A stretch of 64,000 bases of DNA from Clostridia bacterium. Its GTDB lineage: Bacteria > Bacillota > Clostridia > Oscillospirales > CAG-272. Positions 35,353-45,333 of the stretch are shown one piece after another. The notes beneath the pieces were generated by a model. That model saw only the letters and a list, made by a program, of their open reading frames with translations. It was not told the origin of the DNA and ran no database searches. Position 1 is the stretch's first letter. Each line of letters begins with the position of its first letter. Location of the stretch: contig JAQYLJ010000005.1 in NCBI GenBank assembly GCA_028720145.1, forward strand, positions 8,112 to 72,111, read 5' to 3'. A program made the translations under genes and the position numbers.

Positions 35353-36519
35353 TCAAAGTTTCGCGAGGGTCTCCATGACATAGTCGCCGAATGCCTCACA
35401 GGTCGCGCCGTTCGGGCGACCCGTGATGACGAGTTTCTTCTCCTCGAAGCAACAGATGTCCAGCGCACGCTCGAGGCGGTTGGCTTTCTCCTGTTCTCCG
35501 ATATGGGAGAGGAGCATGACGCAGGCGCGGAGCATGGAACAGGGGTCGGCGTACTGCGCTCTCCCCTCGGTCACCATACGGGGTGCCGAGCCGTGAATCG
35601 CCTCGAACATGGCGTACTTCTTTCCGATATTGGCGCATCCCGCGGTCCCGACACCGCCCTGGAACTCCGCCGCCTCGTCCGAGATGATGTCTCCGTAGAG
35701 GTTGGGGAGCACGAGCACCTGAAAGTCTCTGCGGCGTTTCTCGTCCACGAGTTTCGCCGTCATGATATCGGCGTACCACTCGTCGGTGGTGATCTCGGGA
35801 TAGAGCGCGGCGACCTTACGGCAATCTTCGAGGAAGTTCCCGTCCGTGGTCTTGACGACATTGGCTTTGGTGACGAGCGAAACGCGGGTAAACCCGTTCT
35901 TCCGCGCGTAGTCATAGGCGATTCTCGCGATTCTGTCGGACCCCTGTTTGGTCGTTACGACAAAGTCCACGGCGAGGTCGTCGGTGACATTGAACCCACT
36001 GCTCCCGACGGCATAGCCGCCCTCGGTGTTCTCGCGGAAGATGGTCCAGTGGATGCCCTCTGCGGGCACCTTGACGGGACGGATGTTCGCAAACAGGTCG
36101 AGCGCTTTTCTCATCGCGACATTGGCGCTCTCGATGTTGGGCATACCGCTCCCTTTCTGCGGGGTGGTGGTAGGTCCTTTCAGAATGATCTGACAGGATT
36201 TCAGCGCGGCGAGGACATCGTCGGGAATGGCTTTCCCATGGGCGATGCGGTTCTCGAGCGTGAGCCCCTCGATGGGGATAAACTCCACGCGACCCGCGGC
36301 AGTCTCATCGGCAAGGAGGAGCCGTAAAACACGTTCCGCCTCGTGCGTGATGACGGGTCCGATCCCATCGCCTCCGCAGACCCCGATCCGCAGGACGGGG
36401 AGCGACGCATAGTCGATGAAATCCCCCTGTTGCTTCATGTCCTCGACACGGGTGAGCTGTCCTTCGAGAATCTTGCGGAATTTTTCACACGCGAGGTCCA
36501 GTTGTTCTTGTGTATTCAT
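35353..36519 (-). CDS. icd: isocitrate dehydrogenase (isocitrate/isopropylmalate dehydrogenase family)
   Basis: 388 aa from ATG 36519 (MNTQEQLD.., GGAGA RBS). ..GGDGIGPV...NIRP...RENTEG.Y...NLYGDIISD... Follows the aconitase gene after a 4-nt gap. Confidence 0.8.
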   Translation of the reverse strand: MNTQEQLDLACEKFRKILEGQLTRVEDMKQQGDFIDYASLPVLRIGVCGGDGIGPVITHEAERVLRLLLADETAAGRVEFIPIEGLTLENRIAHGKAIPDDVLAALKSCQIILKGPTTTPQKGSGMPNIESANVAMRKALDLFANIRPVKVPAEGIHWTIFRENTEGGYAVGSSGFNVTDDLAVDFVVTTKQGSDRIARIAYDYARKNGFTRVSLVTKANVVKTTDGNFLEDCRKVAALYPEITTDEWYADIMTAKLVDEKRRRDFQVLVLPNLYGDIISDEAAEFQGGVGTAGCANIGKKYAMFEAIHGSAPRMVTEGRAQYADPCSMLRACVMLLSHIGEQEKANRLERALDICCFEEKKLVITGRPNGATCEAFGDYVMETLAKL

Positions 36520-36523
36520 GATG

Positions 36524-38458
36524 TCAATGATTCTCCTCTCTCGTTCGGTTGAGCAGTCCGCCTGCGAGCAGAATCTCTCTCTGCCGCTTCGTAAACGCAA
36601 GGGTCAGGGGTATCTCCGCGCCGTTCGTGCGGTCAAAAAGCATCACGGTATCGCCCGCGGCGACCGCCTGACGGAAGTCTTTGAGTTCGAGGGTATCACC
36701 CTCGGAAAGTTTCTCATAATCCGCGGGGTCCCGGAAGGTCAGGGGGACAATCCCGAAGTTCACGAGGTTCGCGCAATGGATGCGAGCGAAACTCTTGGCG
36801 ACCACCGCCTTGACCCCGAGATAGAGCGGCACCAGAGCGGCGTGCTCACGCGAGGAACCCTGCCCGTAGTTCGACCCGCCTACGACAATCCCGCCGCCCG
36901 CTTTCTTCGCGCGTTCCGGGAAGTCGGGGTCGCAGACCGTGAAGCAAAATTCCGAGAGTTTCGGCACATTCGAGCGGTAGGGCAGAATTTTCGCCCCGGC
37001 TGGCATGATATGGTCGGTCGTAATGTTGTCACCGACTTTCAGAATCAGAGGCGCGACAAGCGTCTCTGCGGGGACTTTTCCGACCGGGATGGGTTTGATA
37101 TTGGGTCCGCGCAAAACCTCGACCTTGGGCGCGTCCTCGGGGGACGCGGGCATGGTAATCAGGTTATCATTGATAAAGAAGTGCGCGGGGAGCGTGATTT
37201 TCGGCGCTTCTCCGAGCGTAGTGGGGTCAGTCAGAACCCCTGCGATGGCGGATGCCGCCGCGGTCTCGGGGGAGACCAAATAGACCTGCGCGTCCCGCGT
37301 CCCGCTCCGCCCCTCAAAGTTGCGGTTGAAGGTCCGCAGAGAAATCCCGCCCGAGTTCGGCGAGAATCCCATCCCGATGCAGGGGCCGCACGCACATTCC
37401 AGCACCCGTGCGCCCGCGTCAATCAGATCGGTGAGTGCACCGCATGCGGCGAGCATGGTATAGACCTGCTTCGAGCCGGGGGAGATGGAGAGCGAGACAT
37501 GGGGGGCGACCGTCTTCCCTTTCAGAATGGCGGCGACCGTCAGCATATCCTGCATCGACGAGTTGGTACAGGAACCGATACAGATTTGGTCGACCCGCAT
37601 CCCCGCGAGGGATTCCACCGTCTTCACATTGTCGGGGCTATGCGGGCAGGCGGCGAGCGGCGAGAGTGCCGAGAGGTCGATGGACAGGGTCTCGTCATAG
37701 ACCGCATCGGGGTCGGGCGAGAGCGGGCGGAAGTCCTCTTCGCGTCCCTCTGCCGCGAGGAACGCGCGGGTGACCTCATCCGAGGGGAAGAGCGAGGTGG
37801 TCGCGCCGAGTTCGGCACCCATATTCGTGATGGTGGCGCGCTGAGGCACCGAGAGGGTCCCGACCCCCTCGCCATAGTATTCGACGACGGCACCGACGCC
37901 GCCCTTGACCGAGAGGCGGCGCAGAACCTCCAAAATAATGTCTTTCGCGCCGACGAGGGGACGGAGATGACCCGTGAGTTCCACCCCGATGATGCGCGGC
38001 ATGGTGATGTAGTACGCGCCGCCCCCCATGGCGACCGCGACATCCAGTCCGCCCGCGCCGAATCCCATCATGCCGAGACCGCCCGCGGTCGGCGTATGGC
38101 TGTCGGAGCCGATCAGGGTCTTCCCCGGTACACCGAAGCGTTCGAGGTGCACCTGATGGCAAATCCCGTTCCCCGGGCGGGAGAAACGCACGCCGTGGCG
38201 CGCGGCGACCGTACGGAGATAGGCGTGGTCGTCCGCGTTCTCAAACCCCGCCTGCAAGGTGTTATGATCGACATAGGCGACCGACAGTTCGGTCTTGACC
38301 TGTTCGGTCCCGATCGCCTCAAACTGCAAATATGCCATGGTTCCGGTCGCGTCCTGCGTCAGGGTCTGGTCGATGCGGAGCCCGATCTCGCTCCCGACTT
38401 TCATCTCTCCCGAAACAAGATGCGCGCGAATGATTTTCTGTGCGAGTGTCATGCCCAT
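36524..38458 (-). CDS. acn: aconitate hydratase (about 640-aa form)
   Basis: 644 aa. ..IDQTLTQDATG...GSDSHT...CIGSCTNSS...CGPCIGMG.. (Fe-S ligands) plus a swivel domain. Confidence 0.9.
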   Translation of the reverse strand: MGMTLAQKIIRAHLVSGEMKVGSEIGLRIDQTLTQDATGTMAYLQFEAIGTEQVKTELSVAYVDHNTLQAGFENADDHAYLRTVAARHGVRFSRPGNGICHQVHLERFGVPGKTLIGSDSHTPTAGGLGMMGFGAGGLDVAVAMGGGAYYITMPRIIGVELTGHLRPLVGAKDIILEVLRRLSVKGGVGAVVEYYGEGVGTLSVPQRATITNMGAELGATTSLFPSDEVTRAFLAAEGREEDFRPLSPDPDAVYDETLSIDLSALSPLAACPHSPDNVKTVESLAGMRVDQICIGSCTNSSMQDMLTVAAILKGKTVAPHVSLSISPGSKQVYTMLAACGALTDLIDAGARVLECACGPCIGMGFSPNSGGISLRTFNRNFEGRSGTRDAQVYLVSPETAAASAIAGVLTDPTTLGEAPKITLPAHFFINDNLITMPASPEDAPKVEVLRGPNIKPIPVGKVPAETLVAPLILKVGDNITTDHIMPAGAKILPYRSNVPKLSEFCFTVCDPDFPERAKKAGGGIVVGGSNYGQGSSREHAALVPLYLGVKAVVAKSFARIHCANLVNFGIVPLTFRDPADYEKLSEGDTLELKDFRQAVAAGDTVMLFDRTNGAEIPLTLAFTKRQREILLAGGLLNRTREENH

Positions 38459-38462
38459 CTGA

Positions 38463-39845
38463 TTATCCTTTCGGTTGTGCCAAGTGACCCGCCGCGAGTT
38501 CGTCTACGATTGTCTCGAGTTCCTCGTTGCTCATCACGGTGGTTCTGCCGTCCTCATAGAGACGGTCGATGATCTCTTTCGCCTCGATGACCAAAGGAGA
38601 CTGCTTCGTCATGGCGCGATCTCCTTCCAGTCCGTAGTGGTTGTTGATCCAGTAGGCGATGCCCGCGAGTCCCGAGGTCGCGCTGACCGAGACATTCGCA
38701 GGGCGGTTCAAAATGGCTTCGGTATCAAAAATATTATAGATTTCCGCGTCTTTGATCATGCCGTCGGCATGGATGCCCGCGCGCGTCACATTGAAGTTCT
38801 CACCGACGAACGGCGTCATCGGCGGCACATTGTAGTGCAGTTCCTTCTCGTAGTATTCGGCGATCTCGGTGATGACCTCGGGGTGCATCCCGTCGAGCGA
38901 GCCGCGCAGAGAGGCGTATTCCATCACCATGGCTTCGAGCGGGATATTCCCCGTGCGTTCCCCGATACCGAGCAGCGAGCAGTTGACCGCGGACGCGCCG
39001 TATAGCCATGCGGCACCGGCGTTGGAGACCGCCTTATAGAAGTCGTTATGTCCATGCCATTCGAGCAGTTCGGACGGAACCTGCGCGTAGTGATGCAGAC
39101 CGTAGACGATGCCCGGCACGCTTCGCGGCAGCGAGACACCGCTGTAATTCACGCCGAGACCCATGGTATCGCACATCCGAATCTTTACGGGAATCCCCGA
39201 CTCCTCGGAGAGCTGCATCAGGGCGTTGACGAACGGGACGACAAAGCCGTAAAAATCCGCGCGGGTAATGTCCTCGAGGTGGCAGCGCGGGCGGAGTCCC
39301 GCGTCGAGCGCCATGCGCACGACATTGAGATAATGCTCCATCGCCTGTCCGCGGCTCATCCCGAGTTTCTTGAAGATATGATAGTCCGAGCAGGAGACCA
39401 GAATCCCCGTCTCCCGAATCCCGATATCCCGTACAAGTTCAAAGTCGCGTTTGTTCGCGCGAATCCATGTCGTGATCTCCGGGAATTTCAGTCCCAAATC
39501 CATACAGCGCCGTACCGCTTCACGATCCTTTTCGCTGTACACAAAGAACTCGCTCTGACGAATCAGTCCGTTTTCCCCGCCGAGTTTGGAGAGCAGACTA
39601 TAGAGATGGACGATCTGTTCGACGGTATAGGGGGCGCGGGACTGCTGCCCGTCCCGAAAAGTCGTGTCGGTAATCCAAATGTCATGGGGCATATGAATCG
39701 GGACATGACGGTGGTTAAACGGGATCTTCGGCACTTCCGAAAAGGGGTAAATCTCTCGAAACAGCTTCGGCTCCGCGACCTCTTGCAAACTGTATCGGTA
39801 CTGCGAAATTTCGAGCAAGTTGGATTGTTCGTTTTTATAAAGCAT
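38463..39845 (-). CDS. Re-face citrate synthase-like enzyme (HMGL-like / homocitrate-isopropylmalate synthase family)
   Basis: 460 aa from ATG 39845 (MLYKNEQSN.., AAGGAG RBS). ITDTTFRDGQQ...HGHNDF. Function is inferred from the family plus the operon with aconitase and IDH. Confidence 0.7.
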   Translation of the reverse strand: MLYKNEQSNLLEISQYRYSLQEVAEPKLFREIYPFSEVPKIPFNHRHVPIHMPHDIWITDTTFRDGQQSRAPYTVEQIVHLYSLLSKLGGENGLIRQSEFFVYSEKDREAVRRCMDLGLKFPEITTWIRANKRDFELVRDIGIRETGILVSCSDYHIFKKLGMSRGQAMEHYLNVVRMALDAGLRPRCHLEDITRADFYGFVVPFVNALMQLSEESGIPVKIRMCDTMGLGVNYSGVSLPRSVPGIVYGLHHYAQVPSELLEWHGHNDFYKAVSNAGAAWLYGASAVNCSLLGIGERTGNIPLEAMVMEYASLRGSLDGMHPEVITEIAEYYEKELHYNVPPMTPFVGENFNVTRAGIHADGMIKDAEIYNIFDTEAILNRPANVSVSATSGLAGIAYWINNHYGLEGDRAMTKQSPLVIEAKEIIDRLYEDGRTTVMSNEELETIVDELAAGHLAQPKG

Positions 39846-39877
39846 GAGCGGCTCCTTACGGGAAAACATGATATATA

Positions 39878-39906
39878 AGTATACCATAATCGGCGTGTAC
39901 CGTCAA
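39878..39906 (-). promoter_or_regulatory. sigma-A promoter of the citrate synthase-acn-icd operon
   Basis: Minus strand TTGACG (39901-39906), 17 nt, TATACT (39878-39883). Confidence 0.5.
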
Positions 39907-40023
39907 GAGAAGTATCCGTAAAAATGCAAGTATTTCTTACAGTATATTCATTTTTTGACGATTTTTCCCGTTATTCGCCCGGATTTTCGCAAGTTCATTT
40001 TGCTCTCTCCGCAGAATCAGCGT

Positions 40024-40058
40024 TTTTTACAAAAAGAAAGCGCCGATTTCGGCGCTTT
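40024..40058 (-). terminator. intrinsic terminator after rubrerythrin
   Basis: AAAGCGCC-GAAAUC-GGCGCUUU followed by CUUUUUGUAAAAAA on the minus strand. Confidence 0.6.
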
Positions 40059-40084
40059 CGGTAATGCGGTTATCGAAAGAAGAA

Positions 40085-40618
40085 TCAATAGTTCTCTTCC
40101 CGCACTTCAAAGTAGCTCTGCGGATGCGAGCAAACAGGGCAGATCTCGGGTGCTTTCATACCGACGACGATATGACCGCAGTTGCGGCACTCCCAGACCT
40201 TGACTTCACTCTTCTTGAAGACTTCGCTCGTCTCGACATTGCGGAGCAGGGCGCGATAGCGCTCCTCGTGGGCGCGCTCAATGGCACCGACCATCCGGAA
40301 GCGTGCCGCCAGCGCGGTGAATCCCTCTTCCTCCGCCTCGCGGGCAAAGGTATCATACATATCGGTCCACTCGTAGTTCTCCCCATCTGCCGCAGCTTCG
40401 AGGTTGGCGGCGGTATCGCCGATTCCGCCCAGTTCCTTGAACCAGAGTTTTGCGTGTTCCTTCTCGTTCTCGGCGGTTTTCAGGAAGAGCGCGGCGATCT
40501 GCTCGAATCCCTGCTTTTTCGCGACCGATGCGAAATAGGTGTACTTGTTCCGTGCCTGGCTCTCGCCTGCGAAAGCCGCCCACAGATTCTTTTCGGTTTT
40601 ACTGCCTTTCAGTTCCAT
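40085..40618 (-). CDS. rbr: rubrerythrin
   Basis: 177 aa. Ferritin-like EX(n)EXXH diiron region (..ESQARNKY.., ..[10 protein letters not shown].., ..[10 protein letters not shown]..) plus a C-terminal rubredoxin CRNCG...CPVCS. Confidence 0.9.
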   Translation of the reverse strand: MELKGSKTEKNLWAAFAGESQARNKYTYFASVAKKQGFEQIAALFLKTAENEKEHAKLWFKELGGIGDTAANLEAAADGENYEWTDMYDTFAREAEEEGFTALAARFRMVGAIERAHEERYRALLRNVETSEVFKKSEVKVWECRNCGHIVVGMKAPEICPVCSHPQSYFEVREENY

Positions 40619-41045
40619 TGCGTGTTTCTCCTTTATGATTGAATTTAGTTGTGCTCCTGTCTAGCGTCTCCCGCCCGACTGCCTTCGCACGGCAGAAGGC
40701 GCAGAGACAATGCGCGTTGAGTTCGAGATGCGTCACCTCGACCCCGTAGCGCTCGTTTAAGATAGGCGCGAGATCCCCCATCTCCATCGCATCCATGACC
40801 CGCCCACATCCGCCGCATATCAAATGGATATGGTCGGTCACCGTCTTATCGAATCGGTCGGGTCCCGCCGCCACTTGGACGCGACGAATCAGCCCTGCGG
40901 CATCCAGCGCGTTCAGATTATTATAGACCGTCGCGCGGACAATCCCGGGCATCCGCTCGCGTGCTTCCGCGAATACCATCTCCGCCGTCATGTGCTCCCG
41001 GGACGCGCGGATGATCTCGAGGATCATGGCTCTTTGCTTCGTCAT
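40599..41045 (-). CDS. perR: Fur-family regulator, PerR-like
   Basis: 148 aa. Winged HTH (..[29 protein letters not shown]..), HLICGGCG and CLCAFC zinc motifs. Directly upstream of rbr. The 3' end overlaps the rbr start by 20 nt. Confidence 0.7.
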   Translation of the reverse strand: MTKQRAMILEIIRASREHMTAEMVFAEARERMPGIVRATVYNNLNALDAAGLIRRVQVAAGPDRFDKTVTDHIHLICGGCGRVMDAMEMGDLAPILNERYGVEVTHLELNAHCLCAFCRAKAVGRETLDRSTTKFNHKGETRNGTERQ

Positions 41046-41071
41046 TCCGGTTTTCCTTTTTAGATTTCGTC

Positions 41072-41107
41072 TAAAATAATTTTATCATAAGAAAGCAGAA
41101 TTGTCAA
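41072..41107 (-). promoter_or_regulatory. perR-rbr promoter with an overlapping palindromic operator
   Basis: Minus strand TTGACA (41102-41107), 17 nt, TAAAAT (41079-41084). The 6-1-6 palindrome TAAAAT-T-ATTTTA (41072-41084) overlaps the -10 and resembles AT-rich Fur/PerR boxes. Confidence 0.5.
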
Positions 41108-41116
41108 GGGGATATG

Positions 41117-41151
41117 AAAAAAAGACACAACCGACCGAGGTCGGCTGTGTC
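41117..41151 (-). terminator. intrinsic terminator ending the ribosomal alpha operon
   Basis: GACACAGCCGACC-UC-GGUCGGUUGUGUC followed by UUUUUUU, about 45 nt after the rplQ stop. Confidence 0.8.
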
Positions 41152-41195
41152 TTGATGGGACTCTTATCGAGTCCTATCGGGCGAAGCCCGAGAAA

Positions 41196-41558
41196 TTATT
41201 TGGATTCCGTGCCGCCGACTTTGGTAAGCCGAACGATCGCCGTCTCCGCACCGTCGCCGCGGCGGGGACCCATTTTATAGACCTGGGTGTAGCCGCCTTT
41301 GCAAGACGCGTACGCGGGAGCAACCGTGTCAAAGAGTTTCTTCGCGACATCCTCTTTGGTGATGAAAGCGAGCGCCGCGCGGTAAGAGGCGAGCGAGCCC
41401 TCTTTCCCGAGGGTAATCATTTTATCGGCAAGCGCGCTGACTTCCTTTGCCCGGGTATAGGTGGTTTCCAGCTGTCCGTTCTCGATCAGATAGGTGACCA
41501 AGCCGCGGAGCATCAGATTTCTATGGGCAGTCGGTCTGCCGAGTTTCTTCATAGGCAT
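41196..41558 (-). CDS. rplQ: 50S ribosomal protein bL17
   Basis: 120 aa, MPMKKLGRPTAHRNLMLR... Confidence 0.95.
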   Translation of the reverse strand: MPMKKLGRPTAHRNLMLRGLVTYLIENGQLETTYTRAKEVSALADKMITLGKEGSLASYRAALAFITKEDVAKKLFDTVAPAYASCKGGYTQVYKMGPRRGDGAETAIVRLTKVGGTESK

Positions 41559-41588
41559 TTGCGTTACCTCCTGTTGTATTTGACTCCG

Positions 41589-42566
41589 TCAGTCCTCAAC
41601 CTTTTTCAGGCTGAGACCGAGGGATTGCAGTTTCTGGATGACTTCATCCAGAGATTTTCTACCGAGGTTTCTCACCTTGATCATATCTTCCTCGGTGCGG
41701 TTAATCAAATCTTCCACCGTGTTGATGCCGGCGCGTTTCAAGCAGTTGAAACTGCGAACCGACAGGTCAAGATCATCAATGGACATCTCAAGGACCTTAT
41801 CGCGTCTGATTTCTTCCCGCTCGATCATGATTTCCGCCTTCTTGGCTTCATCACTCATCTCGATGAACAGGTTGAGATGCTCACTCAAAATCTTGGCCGC
41901 CATGGAGACCGCCTTCTGCGCGGTGATCGTGCCGTTCGTCAGAACATGCAGGGTCATCTTGTCAAAGTCGGTGATGTTTCTCACACGAGAGTTCTCGACC
42001 GCGTACTCCACCTTGTTCACGGGGGTGAAGATGGAATCCACGAAGATGAGTCCGAGAGGCGCACCGTTTCCGCCCGCCTGCTCGCTCGCGAGATAGAGCT
42101 GTTTGTTCTTCTCCATCGGCACATAGCCGCTGCCCGAGCCGAAAGTCAGTTCCATGTAGAAATGGCTGCCGGCGCTGACGGTCGCCAAATGGTGCGCGGG
42201 GTTGAGAATCTCGATGTCGGGATCGGGGGTGATATCGCCCGCCGTCACATTACAGGGTCCGTCCACATCGATGTAGACCGTCTTGGGTCCGTCGCTATGA
42301 AGTTTCGCCACAATGCCTTTGACATTCAAAACGATTTCCGGAACATCCTCTTTGACCCCATCGACCGTGGAAATCTCGTGGAGCACCCCGTCGATCTTGA
42401 TAGAGGTCGCCGCATACCCTTCGAGCGAGCTCAGAAGGACGCGACGCAGGGAGTTGGCAAGCGTGATGCCGTAACCTCTTGCCAGAGGTTCGACCACGAA
42501 CTCGCCTTCACTACCGTCCTCGTTCAAAGCACGGGATGTAATCGTGGGCTTCTCTATTTCAATCAT
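41589..42566 (-). CDS. rpoA: DNA-directed RNA polymerase subunit alpha
   Basis: 325 aa, MIEIEKPTI...[12 protein letters not shown].. plus a C-terminal domain ([15 protein letters not shown]). Confidence 0.95.
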   Translation of the reverse strand: MIEIEKPTITSRALNEDGSEGEFVVEPLARGYGITLANSLRRVLLSSLEGYAATSIKIDGVLHEISTVDGVKEDVPEIVLNVKGIVAKLHSDGPKTVYIDVDGPCNVTAGDITPDPDIEILNPAHHLATVSAGSHFYMELTFGSGSGYVPMEKNKQLYLASEQAGGNGAPLGLIFVDSIFTPVNKVEYAVENSRVRNITDFDKMTLHVLTNGTITAQKAVSMAAKILSEHLNLFIEMSDEAKKAEIMIEREEIRRDKVLEMSIDDLDLSVRSFNCLKRAGINTVEDLINRTEEDMIKVRNLGRKSLDEVIQKLQSLGLSLKKVED

Positions 42567-42725
42567 GGTTAATCTCCTCCTATATTTATTCGGTTAACAA
42601 GCAGTAACCCGTTCCGAAACGGGATACCGGGCACCTCCCGCGAGGTACCAATTGCAGAAAGCACCCGGGTGAGGCAGAGGACAAAAAACCTCTGCCACCC
42701 ATCGCTTTCCATCGGAGATTGGTGA

Positions 42726-43352
42726 TTATTTGGAATAGAGTTCGACAATCAACTGTTCGTTGAACTCGAAGTCGATATCGTCTCTCTCGGGGAGTGCAAC
42801 GATCTTCGCCGACATATTGGCGGCATCCGCATCGATCCACTTCGGCGTGTTCTTGGTCGCCATCGCCTCGGCATTCGCCTTGATCTTGGCACCGTCGCGA
42901 CGATTTTCCTTCACGGCGACAACATCGCCCGCCTTCACGAGGATGGAGGGAATGGTTGCTTTCTTGCCGTTGATGGTGAAGTGACCGTGGAGGACGAGCT
43001 GACGAGCTTCCTTACGGCTGGCTGCCATACCCATTCTGTAAACCACATTGTCCAGGCGTCTTTCAAGCAGGATGAGCAGGTTCGCACCGGTCATCCCTTC
43101 CTGTTTCTCTGCCATGGTGTAGTAGAGACGGAACTGTTTTTCCAAAACGCCGTAGTAGCGGCGGGTCTTCTGTTTCTCCCGCATCTGGAGTCCGTATTCG
43201 CTGACCTTCTTGCGGGCAGCACCATGCTGACCGGGAGCGGTGCTTCTGTGATTGAAAGAGCACTTATCGGAGGTGCAACGATCGCCTTTCAGATAAAGTT
43301 TGCAACCTTCTCTGCGGCATTCCTTGCAGCTCGGTCCAGTATATCTAGCCAT
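42726..43352 (-). CDS. rpsD: 30S ribosomal protein uS4 (Cys-containing zinc form)
   Basis: 208 aa from ATG 43352 ([31 protein letters not shown]..). GAAGGAG RBS. Confidence 0.95.
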   Translation of the reverse strand: MARYTGPSCKECRREGCKLYLKGDRCTSDKCSFNHRSTAPGQHGAARKKVSEYGLQMREKQKTRRYYGVLEKQFRLYYTMAEKQEGMTGANLLILLERRLDNVVYRMGMAASRKEARQLVLHGHFTINGKKATIPSILVKAGDVVAVKENRRDGAKIKANAEAMATKNTPKWIDADAANMSAKIVALPERDDIDFEFNEQLIVELYSK

Positions 43353-43372
43353 TTCTTCTTTCTCCTTCTCGA

Positions 43373-43774
43373 TTATACACGACGGCGCTTCGGAGGACGG
43401 CATCCGTTGTGCGGGATGGGCGTCATGTCCTGAATCTTGGTCACTTCGAGACCTGCGGTCGCCAGAGCGCGGATCGCCGCCTCACGACCGGTCCCGGGAC
43501 CGAGCACATACACTTCCACGGTCTTCATGCCGTGATCCATAGCTGCCTTCGCTGCCTGCTCTGCGGCAGTCTGTGCGGCAAACGGAGTGGATTTCCGAGA
43601 GCCCTTGAAGTTGGCACCCGCGGATGCCCAGGAAATGACATTCCCCTGGAGGTCCGTGATCGATACGATGGTATTGTTAAAGGTCGCGCGGATATGGGCA
43701 GCGCCCTTTTCCACATTCTTTCTTTCACGACGCTTTTTAACAACCTTTTTGGTTGCGGTAACTTTCGTAGCCAT
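43373..43774 (-). CDS. rpsK: 30S ribosomal protein uS11
   Basis: 133 aa, ..[18 protein letters not shown].. Confidence 0.95.
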   Translation of the reverse strand: MATKVTATKKVVKKRRERKNVEKGAAHIRATFNNTIVSITDLQGNVISWASAGANFKGSRKSTPFAAQTAAEQAAKAAMDHGMKTVEVYVLGPGTGREAAIRALATAGLEVTKIQDMTPIPHNGCRPPKRRRV

Positions 43775-43785
43775 AATACCCCTCC

Positions 43786-44154
43786 TTACTTCTTCTTGTT
43801 CGCAATGGTCTTAACCGGACCCTTGCGCGTTCTCGCGTTGGTCTTGGTGCGCTGACCGTGAACGGGCAGACTCTTCTTGTGGCGCGTGCCGCGGTAGCAG
43901 TTGATGTCCACCATCTTCTTGATGTTGGTGGCAACGGTTCTGCGGAGGTCACCTTCCACATGATAGTCGGTTTCAATCTCTTCACGGAGTGCGGCGATCT
44001 GATCCTCGGTCAGATCCTTGGCACGGGTATCGGGATCGATGCCCGTCTTTGCCAAAATTTCTTTGGAACTGGTCAGACCGATTCCGTAGATATAAGTGAG
44101 GGCAATCTCAATGCGCTTGTTATTGGGGATATCTACACCTGCTAAACGAGCCAT
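43786..44154 (-). CDS. rpsM: 30S ribosomal protein uS13
   Basis: 122 aa, [14 protein letters not shown].. Confidence 0.95.
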   Translation of the reverse strand: MARLAGVDIPNNKRIEIALTYIYGIGLTSSKEILAKTGIDPDTRAKDLTEDQIAALREEIETDYHVEGDLRRTVATNIKKMVDINCYRGTRHKKSLPVHGQRTKTNARTRKGPVKTIANKKK

Positions 44155-44189
44155 ATGACATTTAACTCCTTTTGAATGTTGTTAGGGGC

Positions 44190-44303
44190 TTAACCCTGTC
44201 TCTGCTTGTGCTTGGGATTCTCACAGATGACCATCACACAGCCCTTGCGACGGATAATCTTGCACTTTTCGCAGATCTTTTTAACGGAAGGTTTCACTTT
44301 CAT
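44190..44303 (-). CDS. rpmJ: 50S ribosomal protein bL36 (zinc form)
   Basis: Not in the ORF track (37 aa). Hand translation: [37 protein letters not shown]. Confidence 0.95.
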   Translation of the reverse strand: MKVKPSVKKICEKCKIIRRKGCVMVICENPKHKQRQG

Positions 44304-44327
44304 GGTTACATACCTGTCCTTTCGGTG

Positions 44328-44549
44328 TTATTTTTTTCTCCAGGTGATCCGTCCCTTGGTCGGGTCGTAAATCGACACTTCCACGGTCACGTGATCGCCG
44401 GGGACAATTTTGATATAATTCTGGCGAAGTCTCCCCGAAATGTGGGCCAAAACCATATGACCGTTCGGGAGTTTCACCTTAAAGGTGGCGTTCGGAAGGG
44501 CTTCCATCACTTCGCCATCTTCAAACTCGATGACATCATCTTTCGGCAT
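44328..44549 (-). CDS. infA: translation initiation factor IF-1
   Basis: 73 aa, [13 protein letters not shown]-type S1 fold (..[20 protein letters not shown]..). Confidence 0.95.
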   Translation of the reverse strand: MPKDDVIEFEDGEVMEALPNATFKVKLPNGHMVLAHISGRLRQNYIKIVPGDHVTVEVSIYDPTKGRITWRKK

Positions 44550-44570
44550 CTCTTATCTCCTTACCGTTCA

Positions 44571-45329
44571 TTATTCACCCACATCGGTGAGTAGGATGGG
44601 TCCGTCCTCGGTGATCGCAACCGTGTGCTCGTAATGAGCCGAGAGGCGACCGTCGGCGGTACGAACCGTCCAGCCGTCCGAAGACTCCTTGATCTCTGCT
44701 GTTCCTGCGTTAACCATGGGTTCAATGGCTATCGTCATGCCCGGATATAGGCGGCATCCGCGCCCTGCCGTCCCGTAGTTGGGGACATCGGGTTCTTCGT
44801 GCAAATGCGTACCGACTCCGTGGCCCACATATTTGCGTACAACGCCGTATCCGTGAGACTCGGCGTGCGACTGAATCGCGTGCCCGATGTCTCCCAGTCG
44901 GTTACCGACCCGCGCGAGATCGACACCTAGGTAGAAGCATTCTCTCGTGACGGAAATGAGTCTCTGTGCCTCCTCGCTGACACGACCGACCGCAAATGTC
45001 TTTGCGCTGTCGCCGTGGTAGCCGCGGTAGATGGCACCGACATCCACTTTGACGATATCGCCCTCTTGCAGAATGACTCTGTGGGAGGGGATTCCGTGGA
45101 TGATCTGGTCGTTGACGCTGATACATGCGCTTCCGGGGAAGCCGCCGTATCCGAGGAAGGAAGGTTTCGCGCCGCATTTCAGAATGTAGGCGTGAATGAG
45201 GGAATCGAGTTCCTTGGTCGAAATCCCGGGGCGGATGGCGTCGCGCGCAACGAGCAACGCCTCCCCCGTGATCTTTCCCGCTTCCTTCATCAGCAGAAGT
45301 TGCTCGGGTTTTTTAAGAATGATGGGCAT
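44571..45329 (-). CDS. map: type I methionine aminopeptidase
   Basis: 252 aa with metal ligands in ..DIVKVDVGA.., ..GHGVG.., ..IEP...EHT. Confidence 0.95.
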   Translation of the reverse strand: MPIILKKPEQLLLMKEAGKITGEALLVARDAIRPGISTKELDSLIHAYILKCGAKPSFLGYGGFPGSACISVNDQIIHGIPSHRVILQEGDIVKVDVGAIYRGYHGDSAKTFAVGRVSEEAQRLISVTRECFYLGVDLARVGNRLGDIGHAIQSHAESHGYGVVRKYVGHGVGTHLHEEPDVPNYGTAGRGCRLYPGMTIAIEPMVNAGTAEIKESSDGWTVRTADGRLSAHYEHTVAITEDGPILLTDVGE

Positions 45330-45333
45330 CTTC

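Noticed and set aside
36416-38572. 718-aa plus-strand ORF
   Set aside because: Antisense shadow of the aconitase gene, extending into its neighbours. No RBS and low-complexity R/G/D-rich translation.
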